This document shows positions 42,150-53,800 of a stretch of DNA of 64,000 bases, piece by piece. Below the pieces are notes generated by a model. The model did no database searches. It was not told the DNA's origin and saw only the letters and a list, made by a program, of their open reading frames with translations. Numbering within the stretch: position 1 is the first letter of the stretch; each line of letters begins with the position of its first letter. A program made the position numbers and the translations under genes. The stretch comes from Candidatus Latescibacterota bacterium (GTDB lineage: Bacteria > Latescibacterota > UBA2968 > GCA-2709665): assembly GCA_965222075.1 (NCBI GenBank), contig OZ244937.1, positions 1,536,001 to 1,600,000 on the forward strand. The letters run 5' to 3'.

Positions 42150-43088
42150 ATGCGTTTTTCGGTTGATCCGGATTCCAGAACATCCATCTACCTTCAGATT
42201 AAAGACCAGATCCGGTATGCCATTTCTGTGGGGGAACTTCGCCCGGGGGATGCTCTGCCATCCATTCGCAAACTGGAAACCGAACTCGGTGTGAACCGGA
42301 ATACCATTCGCCGGGCCTACCTGGAGCTTCAAAACGAAGGGACGCTGACCATCCGGCAGGGAAAAAAGGCCGAGGTTGCCGCAAGTCCCCTTCGCCCCCG
42401 GGGGCGGGCATCCGGGTCACAGGCCGAGGTGTTAGCCCGCAGGATGGTGGAAGAAGCCGAGGCGGAGGGATTTGATGGCGTCTGGTTTATCTCGGTGTTT
42501 GAAAAGGCCGCCGTCGATCACGATAGGCGCTATGCCAAGTGTGCCTTCATCGAATGCAGTCAATACCAGGCGGACGATTTTGCAGGCGCAACCGGTGCGG
42601 TCTGGGGCCGCCACGTGGTTGGGATTGACTTACATCGGCTGCAGGAGAATATGGATTTGCTCCCATCTTCAACGCAATATGTGCTAACCACTCACTGGCA
42701 CCTCGCGGAAGTTCAGCGGCGCCTGAAGCAGCGGGTCAAAGCCATTCAGGACGTGAGCGTCCAACTTTCCCGGGCATTCTACGAAGGCGCCCGCCGGTTG
42801 AGCGGCTTAACCACGGGTCTGATCCTGCGGGACCCCGAGTCCGTACCGGGATACCGGAAGCTGGTCCGGGAACTTGTGGAAGTCAAGGGCGACGTACCAG
42901 TGGCTCTGATGGGCGAACAGGAGGCCCAGACACTCATGGACACCGTTGAAGGGGTAGTCTACACCACACCGTGCAGGGGCTTTGTAGCCGAGCATGCACC
43001 GTCACATCTTGTCACGCAAGAATTGCTGTACGAGCCTGTTTCCGGCGATCTCGTTCGCATCAGGGAAGACTTTTTTCCTGCTGCTTAA
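42150..43088 (+). CDS. GntR family (YtrA-like wHTH) regulator with an extended C-terminal domain
   Basis: IYLQIKDQI...LPSIRKLETELGVNRNTIRRAYLEL. Confidence 0.9.
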   Translation: MRFSVDPDSRTSIYLQIKDQIRYAISVGELRPGDALPSIRKLETELGVNRNTIRRAYLELQNEGTLTIRQGKKAEVAASPLRPRGRASGSQAEVLARRMVEEAEAEGFDGVWFISVFEKAAVDHDRRYAKCAFIECSQYQADDFAGATGAVWGRHVVGIDLHRLQENMDLLPSSTQYVLTTHWHLAEVQRRLKQRVKAIQDVSVQLSRAFYEGARRLSGLTTGLILRDPESVPGYRKLVRELVEVKGDVPVALMGEQEAQTLMDTVEGVVYTTPCRGFVAEHAPSHLVTQELLYEPVSGDLVRIREDFFPAA

Positions 43089-43102
43089 CAAGGAGGGCTG
43101 AG

Positions 43103-43666
43103 ATGGATCTTCATCGCGCAGGATTCGTGTTTGTCATCATTGTTGTATTGGCTCTTTCAGTTCGGGTGGAAGCCCATCCTCATGCAGGTGCAAAGCTAAG
43201 TGTAAAGCAAGCAAAGCAAATGAACCAAAAGCTCGCAGAGCGCCTCAGGATGCTGGCGGTCGTTGATCGCCAGTACGAATTGGGGGAGGAAATCGAGCTT
43301 GTCTTTGCAAAGAACGAGGCAGCTCGACTAAGGTGTGTTGGTAATCCTTACGGTTTGCAAGAAATCCTCATAGGCTGGATTTCCGGTGATTTCTTCGGCA
43401 TGTCCGGCGACCTTGTCGACATGCGTTTTGTCTCTGATCAAGGAAAAATTGGGGGTGGGGGTTCTTTTTTCCCGAAGACCAAGGGCTGCCTTCGGCAATA
43501 CCGTTCCACGCCTTGCCTGGTGGTCGCCAGATATGACCTCGTGGACGGTAAACTTAACATGCGTTTCCGTGTGCAGACTGATCCGGCCGAGAACCGGCGC
43601 GCTTACGAAGAATATTTGAAAATCGACGGAATAGCCCTGCAACAAGGGGGAATTGGAAAGTGTTGA
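43103..43666 (+). CDS. Secreted hypothetical protein; probably the N-terminus of the S41 peptidase split by a frameshift
   Basis: AGGAGG RBS and signal peptide; one extra G in the run near 43645 fuses it to 43660-44946. Confidence 0.55.
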   Translation: MDLHRAGFVFVIIVVLALSVRVEAHPHAGAKLSVKQAKQMNQKLAERLRMLAVVDRQYELGEEIELVFAKNEAARLRCVGNPYGLQEILIGWISGDFFGMSGDLVDMRFVSDQGKIGGGGSFFPKTKGCLRQYRSTPCLVVARYDLVDGKLNMRFRVQTDPAENRRAYEEYLKIDGIALQQGGIGKC

Positions 43667-44946
43667 CCGGTACGGATCGGATACCGGTGCCGAAACTTTC
43701 TGCCAACGAGCGAGTGGCAGCATTTGCCCGCCTCTGGAGTGAAGTAAAATACAACTTTGCGTTTTTTGACCAGGTTCCCAAGCTCGACTGGGACCGTGTA
43801 CTGGAAGAATATCTTCCGAAAGTGGTGGAAGAACAGTCACTTGATGAGTACTACCGATTGTTGCAGCGCTGTATCGCCCGGCTTCAAGATGGTCATACAG
43901 GTGTTTGGTGGGGCTTCCGAGAAACAGTGACGGGCGGTCCCCCCCTGCTCATACGATCAGTCGAAGGTAAAGCTATTGTTGCTGGTCTCGGCACATCCAG
44001 GGAGATCAAAGCGTCAGAATTGAAACCGGGAGACGAGATCACACATGTTGATGGCCTTTCGGTGCAGGAGATACTGGAGCAGGAAGTTTATCCCTATATC
44101 TTTGCATCGACACCGCAGGGGCGGGATCTTAAGGCCTATGGGAAACTCCTTGAGGGACCCAAAGACAGTCCGGTCAATATTCGCATTCGGAGTCTCAATG
44201 GTGCCACACGGGATTTGACCCTGACCCGACATTCCAAATGGAAAGAAAAGCCGTGGACCCAGCTTCCGAGCTTTGAATTCAAGGAATTGTCGCATGGGAC
44301 CGTCTATGTGGCAATTCGCACCTTTGATTCGGGGGATGTTGTTCAACAGTTCGATAAAATCTTTGAGAAGGTCCGTAAGGCCAGGGGACTCATCATCGAC
44401 GTAAGGGAGAATGGGGGCGGCAGTACAGACAATGCGCATGGCATCATCAGCTATCTGACCGATAGACCTCTAAAAGGATCTCACTGGAGAACACGGCAGT
44501 ATATGCCCTCCTTTCGAGCGTGGAATCAGGAAGAGAAATGGCACGAAGGAGCGCACGACCCTGTCCAGCCAAGAGGAGAGAATCCTTTTCTCGGTCCACT
44601 TGTGGTGTTGATCGGCCCGGGGACAGTTAGTGCGGCGGAAGACTTTTTGATCCCGTTGCATCACAGTGGCCGGACGACACTGGTTGGAGAGAGAACGGCA
44701 GGAACCACAGGTCAGCCCCTTCTCGTCTCCCTCCCGGCTGGGAAGGCCAGGATTTGTACTAAACGAGATACCTATCCTGACGGGAGAGAATTTGTCGGAA
44801 TCGGCGTCATCCCGGATGTGGAGGTGCATCCGACCCGGGAGGACATTGCCAGCGGCCGCGACGCGGTCCTGGAAAAGGGACTGGAATTACTCAGAACCAG
44901 CTCTGCTCCGTGGTCGGCGCCTGAAGAAAGCGATAATCGGTTCTGA
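43660..44946 (+). CDS. S41 family peptidase with PDZ-like domain
   Basis: LIIDVRENGGG, TVSAAEDF, LVGERTAG, GIGVIPD. Confidence 0.9.
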   Translation: MLTGTDRIPVPKLSANERVAAFARLWSEVKYNFAFFDQVPKLDWDRVLEEYLPKVVEEQSLDEYYRLLQRCIARLQDGHTGVWWGFRETVTGGPPLLIRSVEGKAIVAGLGTSREIKASELKPGDEITHVDGLSVQEILEQEVYPYIFASTPQGRDLKAYGKLLEGPKDSPVNIRIRSLNGATRDLTLTRHSKWKEKPWTQLPSFEFKELSHGTVYVAIRTFDSGDVVQQFDKIFEKVRKARGLIIDVRENGGGSTDNAHGIISYLTDRPLKGSHWRTRQYMPSFRAWNQEEKWHEGAHDPVQPRGENPFLGPLVVLIGPGTVSAAEDFLIPLHHSGRTTLVGERTAGTTGQPLLVSLPAGKARICTKRDTYPDGREFVGIGVIPDVEVHPTREDIASGRDAVLEKGLELLRTSSAPWSAPEESDNRF

Positions 44947-44956
44947 TGTCAATTAA

Positions 44957-46801
44957 CTACCGATATCGATCGGCTTGTGTGTCAAACATCCTTTTGTATT
45001 GTCCTTCCGAAGTCATCAATTCATCATGGGTACCTTCTTCAATCAATTGACCATCTTGCAACACTAAAATATGCTGTGCCATCCGAACAGTAGAAAATCT
45101 ATGCGAGATAAATATGGTTGTTTTTTCTTTTGTTAAATCTGCAAATCGCTTGAAAATCTCATATTCAGCTAAGGCATCTAATGCAGCTGTGGGCTCATCC
45201 AGGATCAGAATCTGTGCTCGCTCTCGCATAAATGCTCTACTTAATGCCAACTTCTGCCATTCTCCACCAGATAAATCTACACCCTCATCAAATGTCCGTC
45301 CTAAAACTGTGTCGAACCCTTTAGAAAGCTTATCAATAACTGGCGTGGCTCCTCCTTTCTCTGCAGCTCGTGAAATACACTCCAGGTCATCAAGAGACTC
45401 AACCTGCCCAAAGCCGATATTTTCCCGCAGAGAAAGATCATAACGAACAAAGTCCTGGAAGATAACTCCCATTTGGCCGCGTAAGTCGTCTACCTCATAC
45501 TCTTTTAGATCCTTATCATCCAAAAGAATGGTTCCTTCTGTCGGGTCATAAAAACGAACCAGTAGTTTCACCAGAGTTGTTTTTCCTGCTCCATTTTCAC
45601 CCACAACGGCTACCGCCTCTCCTGGCCGTATAATGAAAGAGAGATTCTTGAGCACTAACCTTTCAGACCCAGGATAGCGAAACGATACATTTCGAAATTC
45701 TATGCCTTCTTTTGTTGGTCTTGGCACGATTAAAGGCTGACCACCCATCTGTTTTTTTCTCGATAAGGCTCCTTCTACGGAATCTGGCACGAGATCCAGG
45801 AAACCAAAAAAATTTCCAGCAAAAAGGCTGTGTTCATAGAATAACCCTATTGTCCGAAACAGTTGACTTAGCCTATTTCTGCTCTGTTCAGCTGCTTGGA
45901 ACGCTAAAGCTACATCTCCTATCGTGATTTGTGATATAACCGCCTGAATGACGGCATAACCCCAGATCGCTGCTGTGCCAGACATCGATATAAATCCAAG
46001 AAGCAGCCCCGATCGCTCTTGAGAAAACCGAAGCCCTTTGATCTCACTAAAATATTTTAGCCAAAAGTTATGAAATCGCTCCAGCAGCGGCTCATGCAAT
46101 CCGAATAACCGGATTTCTTTTACTGCATTACGCGATCCTAAAAGATCTGAGAGGTACATAGCCATTCGTCGAGCAGGCGTATGGGTTCCTACTAATTTAA
46201 ATCTGCGACCCGCATAATAACCTCCTACAAGAACCTGGGGTACTGTTGTAAGAAGGAGGACAACTACTGTAATAGGATGTATTCTAAAAAGTAGCCATAG
46301 CATCATCCCTAAAGACAGAAAACCTCCGAAGACATCCAGCCAGAGAACCGCAAGATTATGGATTCGGTAGCCCTCTCTTCGAGCGTTCTCCATCTGATCG
46401 TAAAATGCGGGTGTTTCGTAAAAAGCTATATCGAGCTGGGCCGCTTTTCTCAGTACCATATATTCACCACAAATTTGTACCTTCTGCCCCAACAGTTGTT
46501 TCATGCCTCCCGAAAAAGACTGACACGCTCCACCCAAGATCCATACCAGGAAGATCGCTCCTACAGGCATAAGAATTGTATACCAATTCAGGGTAACTCC
46601 TTGAGCAGATGCCTGAAGTGCCTCAGTGATTCGATCAATGATAACTTTCGATAGCCACACCTGGACGGGTGGCACTACTGAACTGATTATAGTCAATAGA
46701 ACTGTAAACAGCGTGTACCAGGGTGCGGCTTCCCAAACCAATTTAAGCACACGAGGATAGAGTCCGATTACCTGATAGATTGTCTGCCAAGTTTTTCTCA
46801 T
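44957..46801 (-). CDS. ABC exporter, fused permease/ATPase (614 aa), low GC, paralog of 7840-9672
   Basis: GENGAGKT, LSGGEWQK, LILDEPT. Confidence 0.92.
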   Translation of the reverse strand: MRKTWQTIYQVIGLYPRVLKLVWEAAPWYTLFTVLLTIISSVVPPVQVWLSKVIIDRITEALQASAQGVTLNWYTILMPVGAIFLVWILGGACQSFSGGMKQLLGQKVQICGEYMVLRKAAQLDIAFYETPAFYDQMENARREGYRIHNLAVLWLDVFGGFLSLGMMLWLLFRIHPITVVVLLLTTVPQVLVGGYYAGRRFKLVGTHTPARRMAMYLSDLLGSRNAVKEIRLFGLHEPLLERFHNFWLKYFSEIKGLRFSQERSGLLLGFISMSGTAAIWGYAVIQAVISQITIGDVALAFQAAEQSRNRLSQLFRTIGLFYEHSLFAGNFFGFLDLVPDSVEGALSRKKQMGGQPLIVPRPTKEGIEFRNVSFRYPGSERLVLKNLSFIIRPGEAVAVVGENGAGKTTLVKLLVRFYDPTEGTILLDDKDLKEYEVDDLRGQMGVIFQDFVRYDLSLRENIGFGQVESLDDLECISRAAEKGGATPVIDKLSKGFDTVLGRTFDEGVDLSGGEWQKLALSRAFMRERAQILILDEPTAALDALAEYEIFKRFADLTKEKTTIFISHRFSTVRMAQHILVLQDGQLIEEGTHDELMTSEGQYKRMFDTQADRYR

Positions 46802-46840
46802 TAAAAGTTTACCTTGAGAAGGTACAAATATAGCACACCT

Positions 46841-47065
46841 TCAATACCCCAGCCAGGGCTCGATCCACGGATGGATCCGGTGTCCGGCGCCGGGAAAGAA
46901 AACAACATCGATCACGAACGAAACAATCACCGCCGACGTGTGCCCTACAATCAATCCCAGGAAAAACGGCCTGGCTTTCCGATACAGCATCACGCCTCCA
47001 AGCCGCACAATCAGATACTTGCACAGCCAGGCAACAAAAATGGACAGCACGAAATTGACCAGAAC
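46841..47065 (-). pseudogene. C-terminal remnant of a DUF6785/6784-like membrane protein
   Basis: AWLCKYLIVRLGG..LYRKARPFFLGL.VGH...FFPGAGHRIHPWIE matches the end of 59748-61712. Confidence 0.75.
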
Positions 47066-47090
47066 AAATTATCGTGCTCTCCCTCCACAA

Positions 47091-50000
47091 TTAAAGGCTC
47101 AGTACCGACAACCTCCCATCCGAAGACCCAAGCAGCAGACGGCCTTCGCCGTCGGACGTCAGCGCATGGATTGTTCCCTCCATCCGGTGGACACCGAGCG
47201 TTTTCCCCTCTCCGTCCAGAATCCACACGCTTCCGTCTTCACATCCGGCAACGATCTCCGGCCCCCCATCTCGATTTACATCAACGGCCAGCGCACGGCG
47301 CACAGGCGCTTTCAGATTGCGCCGCCACCGCTCCGTGCCGTCCTCACCGAACAGATAGAGGTAGAAACAATCCGACCCGGCCGCGACTTCAGGCCTGCCG
47401 TCCCCATCCACGTCCGCTGCCACAACCGCGTGTACCTCTTCGCCCACCTCCCGACGCCACAGGGTCTCCAGGCGACTCCCGTCCAGCCTCAGGGCGTAGA
47501 CATTCGACTGGGTCGTACCGCACGCGATCAGGTGGCCTCCATTTTCGTGCGTATACACATCGCATCCCGGAATCATCGACGGCCATCCGTCCAACCCGTC
47601 GCTGGCAATCTCCCGGCCGTCCGCATCCAGCACATAACACGTCCCCCCACAAGAAATTCGGCCCGGCCCGCCGACCACCTCGGGGCGTCCATCGCCGTTC
47701 ACATCCACCAGGCAGAACGGATCGAAAATCCCGTAAATAAAAAAGGTCCAGCGTTCATTGCCATCCGCGTCAAAACAGTGGAGCTGCCGATCCGTAACCG
47801 CCGCCAGTATGTCCGGTTTTCCCACGCCGCGAAGGTCTGCGGCCTTCACCAGTTCTACGGAGGAATTCCGGGTGTACCAGGCCCATCCCCCCTGGAAAAT
47901 CTCAAACCTGTGGGACCATCGCACCTTCCCCCCCTCCTCCAGAAGGTAGAGCCGCCGGTCGTTCGCCCCCACCGCCACCGGGGGGGAATCGTCTCCGACC
48001 TGCCCGGCCACACACACCGACAGCACCGCATCCTCTGCCTGGAACGTCCAGTCAGGTTCTCCTCCCTGGCCCAATACAACCACGCGCCCGTCCTGCGTAC
48101 CCACAACCGCGCCATCCCCTCTGCATGTCACGCACCGCACGCCAGACCCAAACTCGCGCGACCATACCGGACGCAAAGTTGGCACGGATGCCTTCCGCAC
48201 GCCCACCCGGACAGCATCCTGCCAGTCCGGAAGGCCCCAAACACGATCCAGATCCAGCGCACCCTCGCCCACAGGCGCCCTGGGTAGATCGTGCTTCCCG
48301 GCCGAAAACGTCTGCTTCCCACCACACAGCGCCACCTCCACTGATTCCGGCGCCGTCACTGTGCCCGCCTCCGGATCAAACTCGATCGACACCGGCGCAT
48401 CGCTTTCGAAAATGGCCGCCTCCCCGCGCAACAGACTACCGCCGCACAGCGCAAACCACCCGTCTCCAATCGCATATACCTCGGCCTTCCCCAGGAGCGG
48501 TCCGACCGCAAATTCCCCCTCCGCTCCCCCTGTCCCGACCAGCATCCGCCCCTCCGACCCCTCGATCAGCACCGCAGACGCTCCCACACGCCGCATCCGG
48601 ACATCCACCGGCTTTGCCTTATTTGTCGCATAGAACAGATTGATAAACGTATGCCGATCCCCCACCGCCATCTCCCGGTTCGCAGACTGGCGCAGGATGT
48701 TGACGTAATCGTCCGAATAAGGATAGTCCTTCCACCAGTGCCCGAAACTCTCCCAATCGCGCTCCAGCGAAGTCCGATCTCCGCCAACGCCTTCCAGCAC
48801 GAACCGATCCTCCCGCCCGTCTTCCGGATCCCGCTGCACCGCCTCCAGCCGATTCGCCTCCAGCGTCGGGGTCCCCAGCGTACGCCAGCTGCACTGGAGT
48901 GCGAACGCGCCTGCCTGCGTGGCTTCGACCTCATCCACCACCACAAAATATCGACCCTTAAGCCACACCATATTCCGTACCCACCGCGCCCCCCATTCCC
49001 CCTCCATGGACGTCCGGCTCATCCCCACACGGTCCAGGTCTGCCAGCCCCTCCAGCCCGCACAGCGCCGGCACCTCCCACGGCGCTCCGTTCCGAACCGC
49101 CGTTACCCCGGTGTGGTGCTTCAGCGTCGGCCCCTCCGTATACGAGGCATCCACCAGAAAAACCCGGTCGTTCGCCGAGAACTCCACAATCGTGTTCCCG
49201 TCGTCGTGCCCGTGGTTGCCGTAGGAAATCCCGTGCAGCATCAGATACTGATCTTCCCGGTCGAATCCCTCCCGAAAACAGACCGTATCGAACGCCTCCT
49301 CCCGCGGCAGATTCAGCGGCTTCACCTCGCTCTTTCGCGCCTTCGGATCGCTGGCAAAATCGTAAAACCCCTGCGCCACCTCCAGCACCCGCACCCCGGC
49401 CATCTCCGAGGGCGCCTCGGGTTCCAGGCCGTCGCAGAAATATTTCTCGAATCCATGCACCAGCGAAACCCTGTCCGACCGCATGCGAATCAGAAACTCC
49501 GCTCGGCCGTCCCGCAGGACGTGGCCCGCCTTCACCAGGAAACTCGCCGGCGGCGGTACCTGCGATCCGCCCGAATCGCCGAATGCCGGCATGGCCCCGC
49601 GATTGTTGCAGTACAACACCGCCTGGTCCAGCGACCGACGGCAGTTCCCATTCTCAATATATGTCCGATCCCCACTCGCCAGCGTATACGTCAGCAGATG
49701 GTCCAGTGTCGTCCACTGGTAGGCATTCGCATCCTCGGTCGGCTTGAACGATTCCGCCTGCCCCTTGAACAGATCCGCAGACGCCGCCTGCCACTCCTCC
49801 GCCTCCGGCATCCCGTAATGCGTGGAAAAGTATCGCCCCGCAAACCACGACGACAGCCCCACCAGCGTCTGGTGGTTCTGACGCACCATCCGGTGCCCCA
49901 CTCCCTGACGGAAAAACCGGTTATACGCGCCTTCTTCCGAATCCATAATCCACAGCAAATACCGCGTGATCCGCAGCCGGTCCTCGTCCGAAAAAACCGG

Positions 50001-50786
50001 ACTCTCCTCGATCAGGTCCCAGATCACCGCCATCCACCACACATTGAAGTGCGCCATCACCCCGTACTCGCCCATCTTCAGGTGTGCGTCCACGGCCTCC
50101 CGAAGCGCCTTTGCATAGACCTCATACCCCGTCCGGTGATACATCAGCCCCAGTCTCCCCGCCTCGGTGACCATCCCGTGGCCCGCCCCCGCTTTGGAGG
50201 CGTGCGGCTGGCTGACCCGTCCGATAAAATCCTCCCGGCGCTCCTCCAGCCACCCCTCCGGCGGATGTTTGAGAGAATCGAAGGCCGGACCGGGCGCAAC
50301 CTCCATCAGCCACCCGAAACTCAGCCGCTCGCCCTCCCTGACCCGTTCCACAAAACGGGATGCCGCACGGTCCAGCCCACCCCCGTCGCTGGCCCCCAGC
50401 AGGATCGCATTCTTCCCGTTGCCCAGCAGATTGTGCAGCGTCCGCAACGTATACCCCCCCTCGCCGGGATAACAGAGATCCTCAACAGCCCACCACTGGT
50501 GATACAGCCACCGGATAAAGGGGTTGTCCGCCATATTCCCCAGAGCCACCACGTGCCGGTCAAGCAGCCCTTCGGCCGTTCCACCCCCGGCGCTGACCAC
50601 CGGCAGACGAACGCCCGTGGCCGCCTGAATACGTTCCGCGATCCGCTCTGCCAGCCGCTCGTGCGCCGGATTGTCCCCGATCACAAGCCTCCCTGCGGGT
50701 TGCCCGTCTGCCACGAGCGCCGTCTCCAGATGCATATCTTTCAATGCATCGATTTTCAGTCCGACTGACCCCTGTTCCGCGTCCAT
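47091..50786 (-). CDS. Heparinase II/III-like + PQQ/FG-GAP propeller protein (1231 aa)
   Basis: VRQNHQ, NHGHDDGN motifs and DVDGDG repeats. Confidence 0.78.
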   Translation of the reverse strand: MDAEQGSVGLKIDALKDMHLETALVADGQPAGRLVIGDNPAHERLAERIAERIQAATGVRLPVVSAGGGTAEGLLDRHVVALGNMADNPFIRWLYHQWWAVEDLCYPGEGGYTLRTLHNLLGNGKNAILLGASDGGGLDRAASRFVERVREGERLSFGWLMEVAPGPAFDSLKHPPEGWLEERREDFIGRVSQPHASKAGAGHGMVTEAGRLGLMYHRTGYEVYAKALREAVDAHLKMGEYGVMAHFNVWWMAVIWDLIEESPVFSDEDRLRITRYLLWIMDSEEGAYNRFFRQGVGHRMVRQNHQTLVGLSSWFAGRYFSTHYGMPEAEEWQAASADLFKGQAESFKPTEDANAYQWTTLDHLLTYTLASGDRTYIENGNCRRSLDQAVLYCNNRGAMPAFGDSGGSQVPPPASFLVKAGHVLRDGRAEFLIRMRSDRVSLVHGFEKYFCDGLEPEAPSEMAGVRVLEVAQGFYDFASDPKARKSEVKPLNLPREEAFDTVCFREGFDREDQYLMLHGISYGNHGHDDGNTIVEFSANDRVFLVDASYTEGPTLKHHTGVTAVRNGAPWEVPALCGLEGLADLDRVGMSRTSMEGEWGARWVRNMVWLKGRYFVVVDEVEATQAGAFALQCSWRTLGTPTLEANRLEAVQRDPEDGREDRFVLEGVGGDRTSLERDWESFGHWWKDYPYSDDYVNILRQSANREMAVGDRHTFINLFYATNKAKPVDVRMRRVGASAVLIEGSEGRMLVGTGGAEGEFAVGPLLGKAEVYAIGDGWFALCGGSLLRGEAAIFESDAPVSIEFDPEAGTVTAPESVEVALCGGKQTFSAGKHDLPRAPVGEGALDLDRVWGLPDWQDAVRVGVRKASVPTLRPVWSREFGSGVRCVTCRGDGAVVGTQDGRVVVLGQGGEPDWTFQAEDAVLSVCVAGQVGDDSPPVAVGANDRRLYLLEEGGKVRWSHRFEIFQGGWAWYTRNSSVELVKAADLRGVGKPDILAAVTDRQLHCFDADGNERWTFFIYGIFDPFCLVDVNGDGRPEVVGGPGRISCGGTCYVLDADGREIASDGLDGWPSMIPGCDVYTHENGGHLIACGTTQSNVYALRLDGSRLETLWRREVGEEVHAVVAADVDGDGRPEVAAGSDCFYLYLFGEDGTERWRRNLKAPVRRALAVDVNRDGGPEIVAGCEDGSVWILDGEGKTLGVHRMEGTIHALTSDGEGRLLLGSSDGRLSVLSL

Positions 50787-50810
50787 ATTTCCTCCTGCCG
50801 AATGTCATGT

Positions 50811-53800
50811 TCACCAGCGGTCCCCCACCCTCCATCCCTTGACCTCCCCCTCATCCGTCGCCAGCACCACATCCCCATCCACACGAACAATACAGGTCGG
50901 CCTTCCCGCAATCCTGCCCGACCGGACCACCTCTCCACCGCCATCCAGAACAACCAGCGTACCGTCTTCGCAGCCTGCCACAACCCGGCAGGCGCCCGCC
51001 GCCTCAACCCATGCCATAACCGCCGGCGGACTCGGCAGCCGTCTCGCCCAGACCTTCTCACACCGGTGATTGAGCGCAAGTACCAGCCCACCCGAAATCG
51101 CCACGAGCAGCTCTTTCTTGCCGTCACCATCCAGGTCGGCGATATCGAAATCCCGCACGTTATCTGCCGGAATGCGCTGCCCCGGGCCCAGGTGAACATT
51201 GTACAGCGCCGTTCCATCGTCCGCCCACACCGTCACCCGGTTCCAGGTTCCGTTGATCTCGCTGACCACTTCCATCTTGCCGTCCCCGTCCAGGTCCTCG
51301 TAAAAAATGTGCTTCCGGCTCATGCACGCCCACCCCCCGATATTCGTGTGGCCGGCAGGCACATCCCGGAAGCTGCGCTGCTTCGGGTCCATCTCCCGGT
51401 TGTTCACCACGGCCATCGCGTGCGAGTCCGTAGGCTGGCGTGCAATCAGAAGATTGACACTCCCCCCGGGTCCGTCGATCAGGGCAAACCGCGAACCCGG
51501 CCCCCAGAACACCGGCAGCCGCTTCACGAGTTCCCCGTTTTCGTCCAGCATCTCCAGCGTGCAGGCGCTGCCCACGAAAGCCTGGCTCTTCCCATCCAGA
51601 AAAACGCCGGAATGGAGCCCATGAATGCCCGCGTGTCCCGGAGCCGACTTGAACCAGTAAGGTTTTGCAGCCCGGAACACCGCAGGGTCTTCCTCGGACA
51701 CGAACACCCATTTGCGGTCCCCGGTATCCACATCGAACGCGATCACCTTCTCGTCCACGCACCCCGCCAGAAGCAAACCGTGCTCCTCCCACCAGTGAAG
51801 CACGCGAACAGGACCATCCGTCTGAAGCGTCCGGAGCTCCTCCCCCTCCTGTGTCAACACGTGTACCGTCTGTGCTTCAGCCGCACAGATCCGCGTGCCC
51901 TCGCCCGAAGAAACGGTGATGAGGTTCACCACCTCACCCCCCACGTTCGACGCAAAAACCGACGTCAGAGACGGCACATCCGGCAGAACCGGTGAACCTG
52001 CGGCGGCAAGCTGCCGTCTTGCTTCCCGGCCCTGGTTCAGAAGGCCCTCAAGCCGCGCCGTCACCTTTTCAAGCGTGCCCGCATCCGGCACAACGCCGGA
52101 CACCCTATGCCGCCCGGCGGCGACCTGAAGTACCGAAAGACCGTCCGCAACCCCCAGACGAATCTCCGTCTCCCCGCCGGCAACCACCTCCAGAACACCG
52201 CTGTGAAAGTCCCAGTCAACCTGCACGGGCGCACTTGCGGAGAGGAGCGAAGCGCCAAGCGCAACCTCTGTCGCGTTCACCCCGTGCAGGTGGTCCCGCG
52301 CCAGCACCACCAGCTCAGCTTGAAGCCCCTCATACGCGCCCACAGCAGCTACGGCCGGCTCCGGCAGCGCCAGGACCGCTGCATTCTCCGCCAGCCGCGC
52401 ACACACCGTCCCCTCTGCTGCAATCAACGAGAAAAATCGTCTCTCGCTCCCCTGCTGCACGGTTCCGCGCCAGGCCATACGCGCCTGGCCATCTCCAACA
52501 GCGGTCTCGACCGGGTCGCACAGGCGGATCTCCCCGGCGCCCGCAACGCGAACCGCGCCCCCGTCCGGCAACGCCTCCCACGCGCCCTTCCCCTGCCACA
52601 GCACCCCAACCTCCATGTCCTCGCTGTCCGCACGAAACGCCAGATCGTCCACAGCCAGGACGTACCGGCCCACGCGCTGAACAAGCGTCCGCCGCCAGGT
52701 GCAAAACGCGGCCCCGGGCACCTCGCCCACGACCACGGCGCTCCCTCCCACCACATCCCGATACCGGAGGGCCGCATCCATCGCCACCTCCGGCTCCACC
52801 ATTCCATCCGCTCTGATCAGCACCTGGTTCAGATAGCCCTCGAGTACTGTCTGGCCATCCAGCCGCAATTCCAGAATGACAAAAGTATGGTAAGGATTGC
52901 GCGAGGCCCCGTTCATTCCTTTAATCAGGATAAAATCACCCGACGCATCGGGCGCACTTCGAAAGCTGCCGAACAGAAACGAGCCTTCCAGTGGCAATCC
53001 GCCGGAGCGACCTCGCCACATCGGCTCGGGAATGGGATGGATGCTCCACGTATCCACCAGATCCGTGGGCAGTTCCGGCTTGAGATCGTCTTCGGGCCAG
53101 AACGACTGCCCAAGCCGGAAGATGTCCAGGTCGATCCCGGTACGGCGCAGGTATTCGCGGTAGCGCCCGTCCTTCATCAGATAGGCGGCCTTGTTCAGAA
53201 ATCCGATCGACGCCGAATTCAGCGCCCAGTCCGGCTCGCGTCCCGAAGCCAGAATCTCCTGCCCGCGAAGCAGCGTGGCCAGCACCCCGTTTTCGATCAG
53301 CTTCCGATCACCCGTAAGCAGCATATAGCTCAAAACAGGGGCCATGCCGGTATTGTACCAGAAAAGATTGTCGTGCTCCCCGTCTACCCAGGCGTGGTGA
53401 TGCAGCGGGGCAAAATGCCATTTGGCCGCTTCCATCGACTGTTCCCAGAGCGGATGGGGATAGCCCTTCTGAAAATAGCGGCCCAAACAATAAAGCGAAA
53501 TCGCCGACCACTGTCCATGCCGGGACCCTATGCTGAGCGGCGGGTCTCCAAATCCCCGCCTTCCCATGCGCACATTCTCCACAACCTGCCGCCGCGCGCC
53601 CTGGTCCTGCGCGTGCGCGAACTGCCCGGCAAAAGCATTCGTCACGCGCAGCCGCTCTTCGTCCGTAAACACCGGGCTTTCTTCAATCAGATCCCAGTAC
53701 AGAATCATCATATGCGCGTTGTAGTGGTAGGGCCCACTCAGCGGCTCGTCCTTGTTCTCGATCTGCTCCCCGTCGATCTCGGTAATCTCCGCCATCGCGC

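Noticed and set aside
48908-48922. cctgcctgcgtgg as another element copy
   Set aside because: Only the target-like octamer is present with no second arm; it is ordinary coding sequence (TQAGA).
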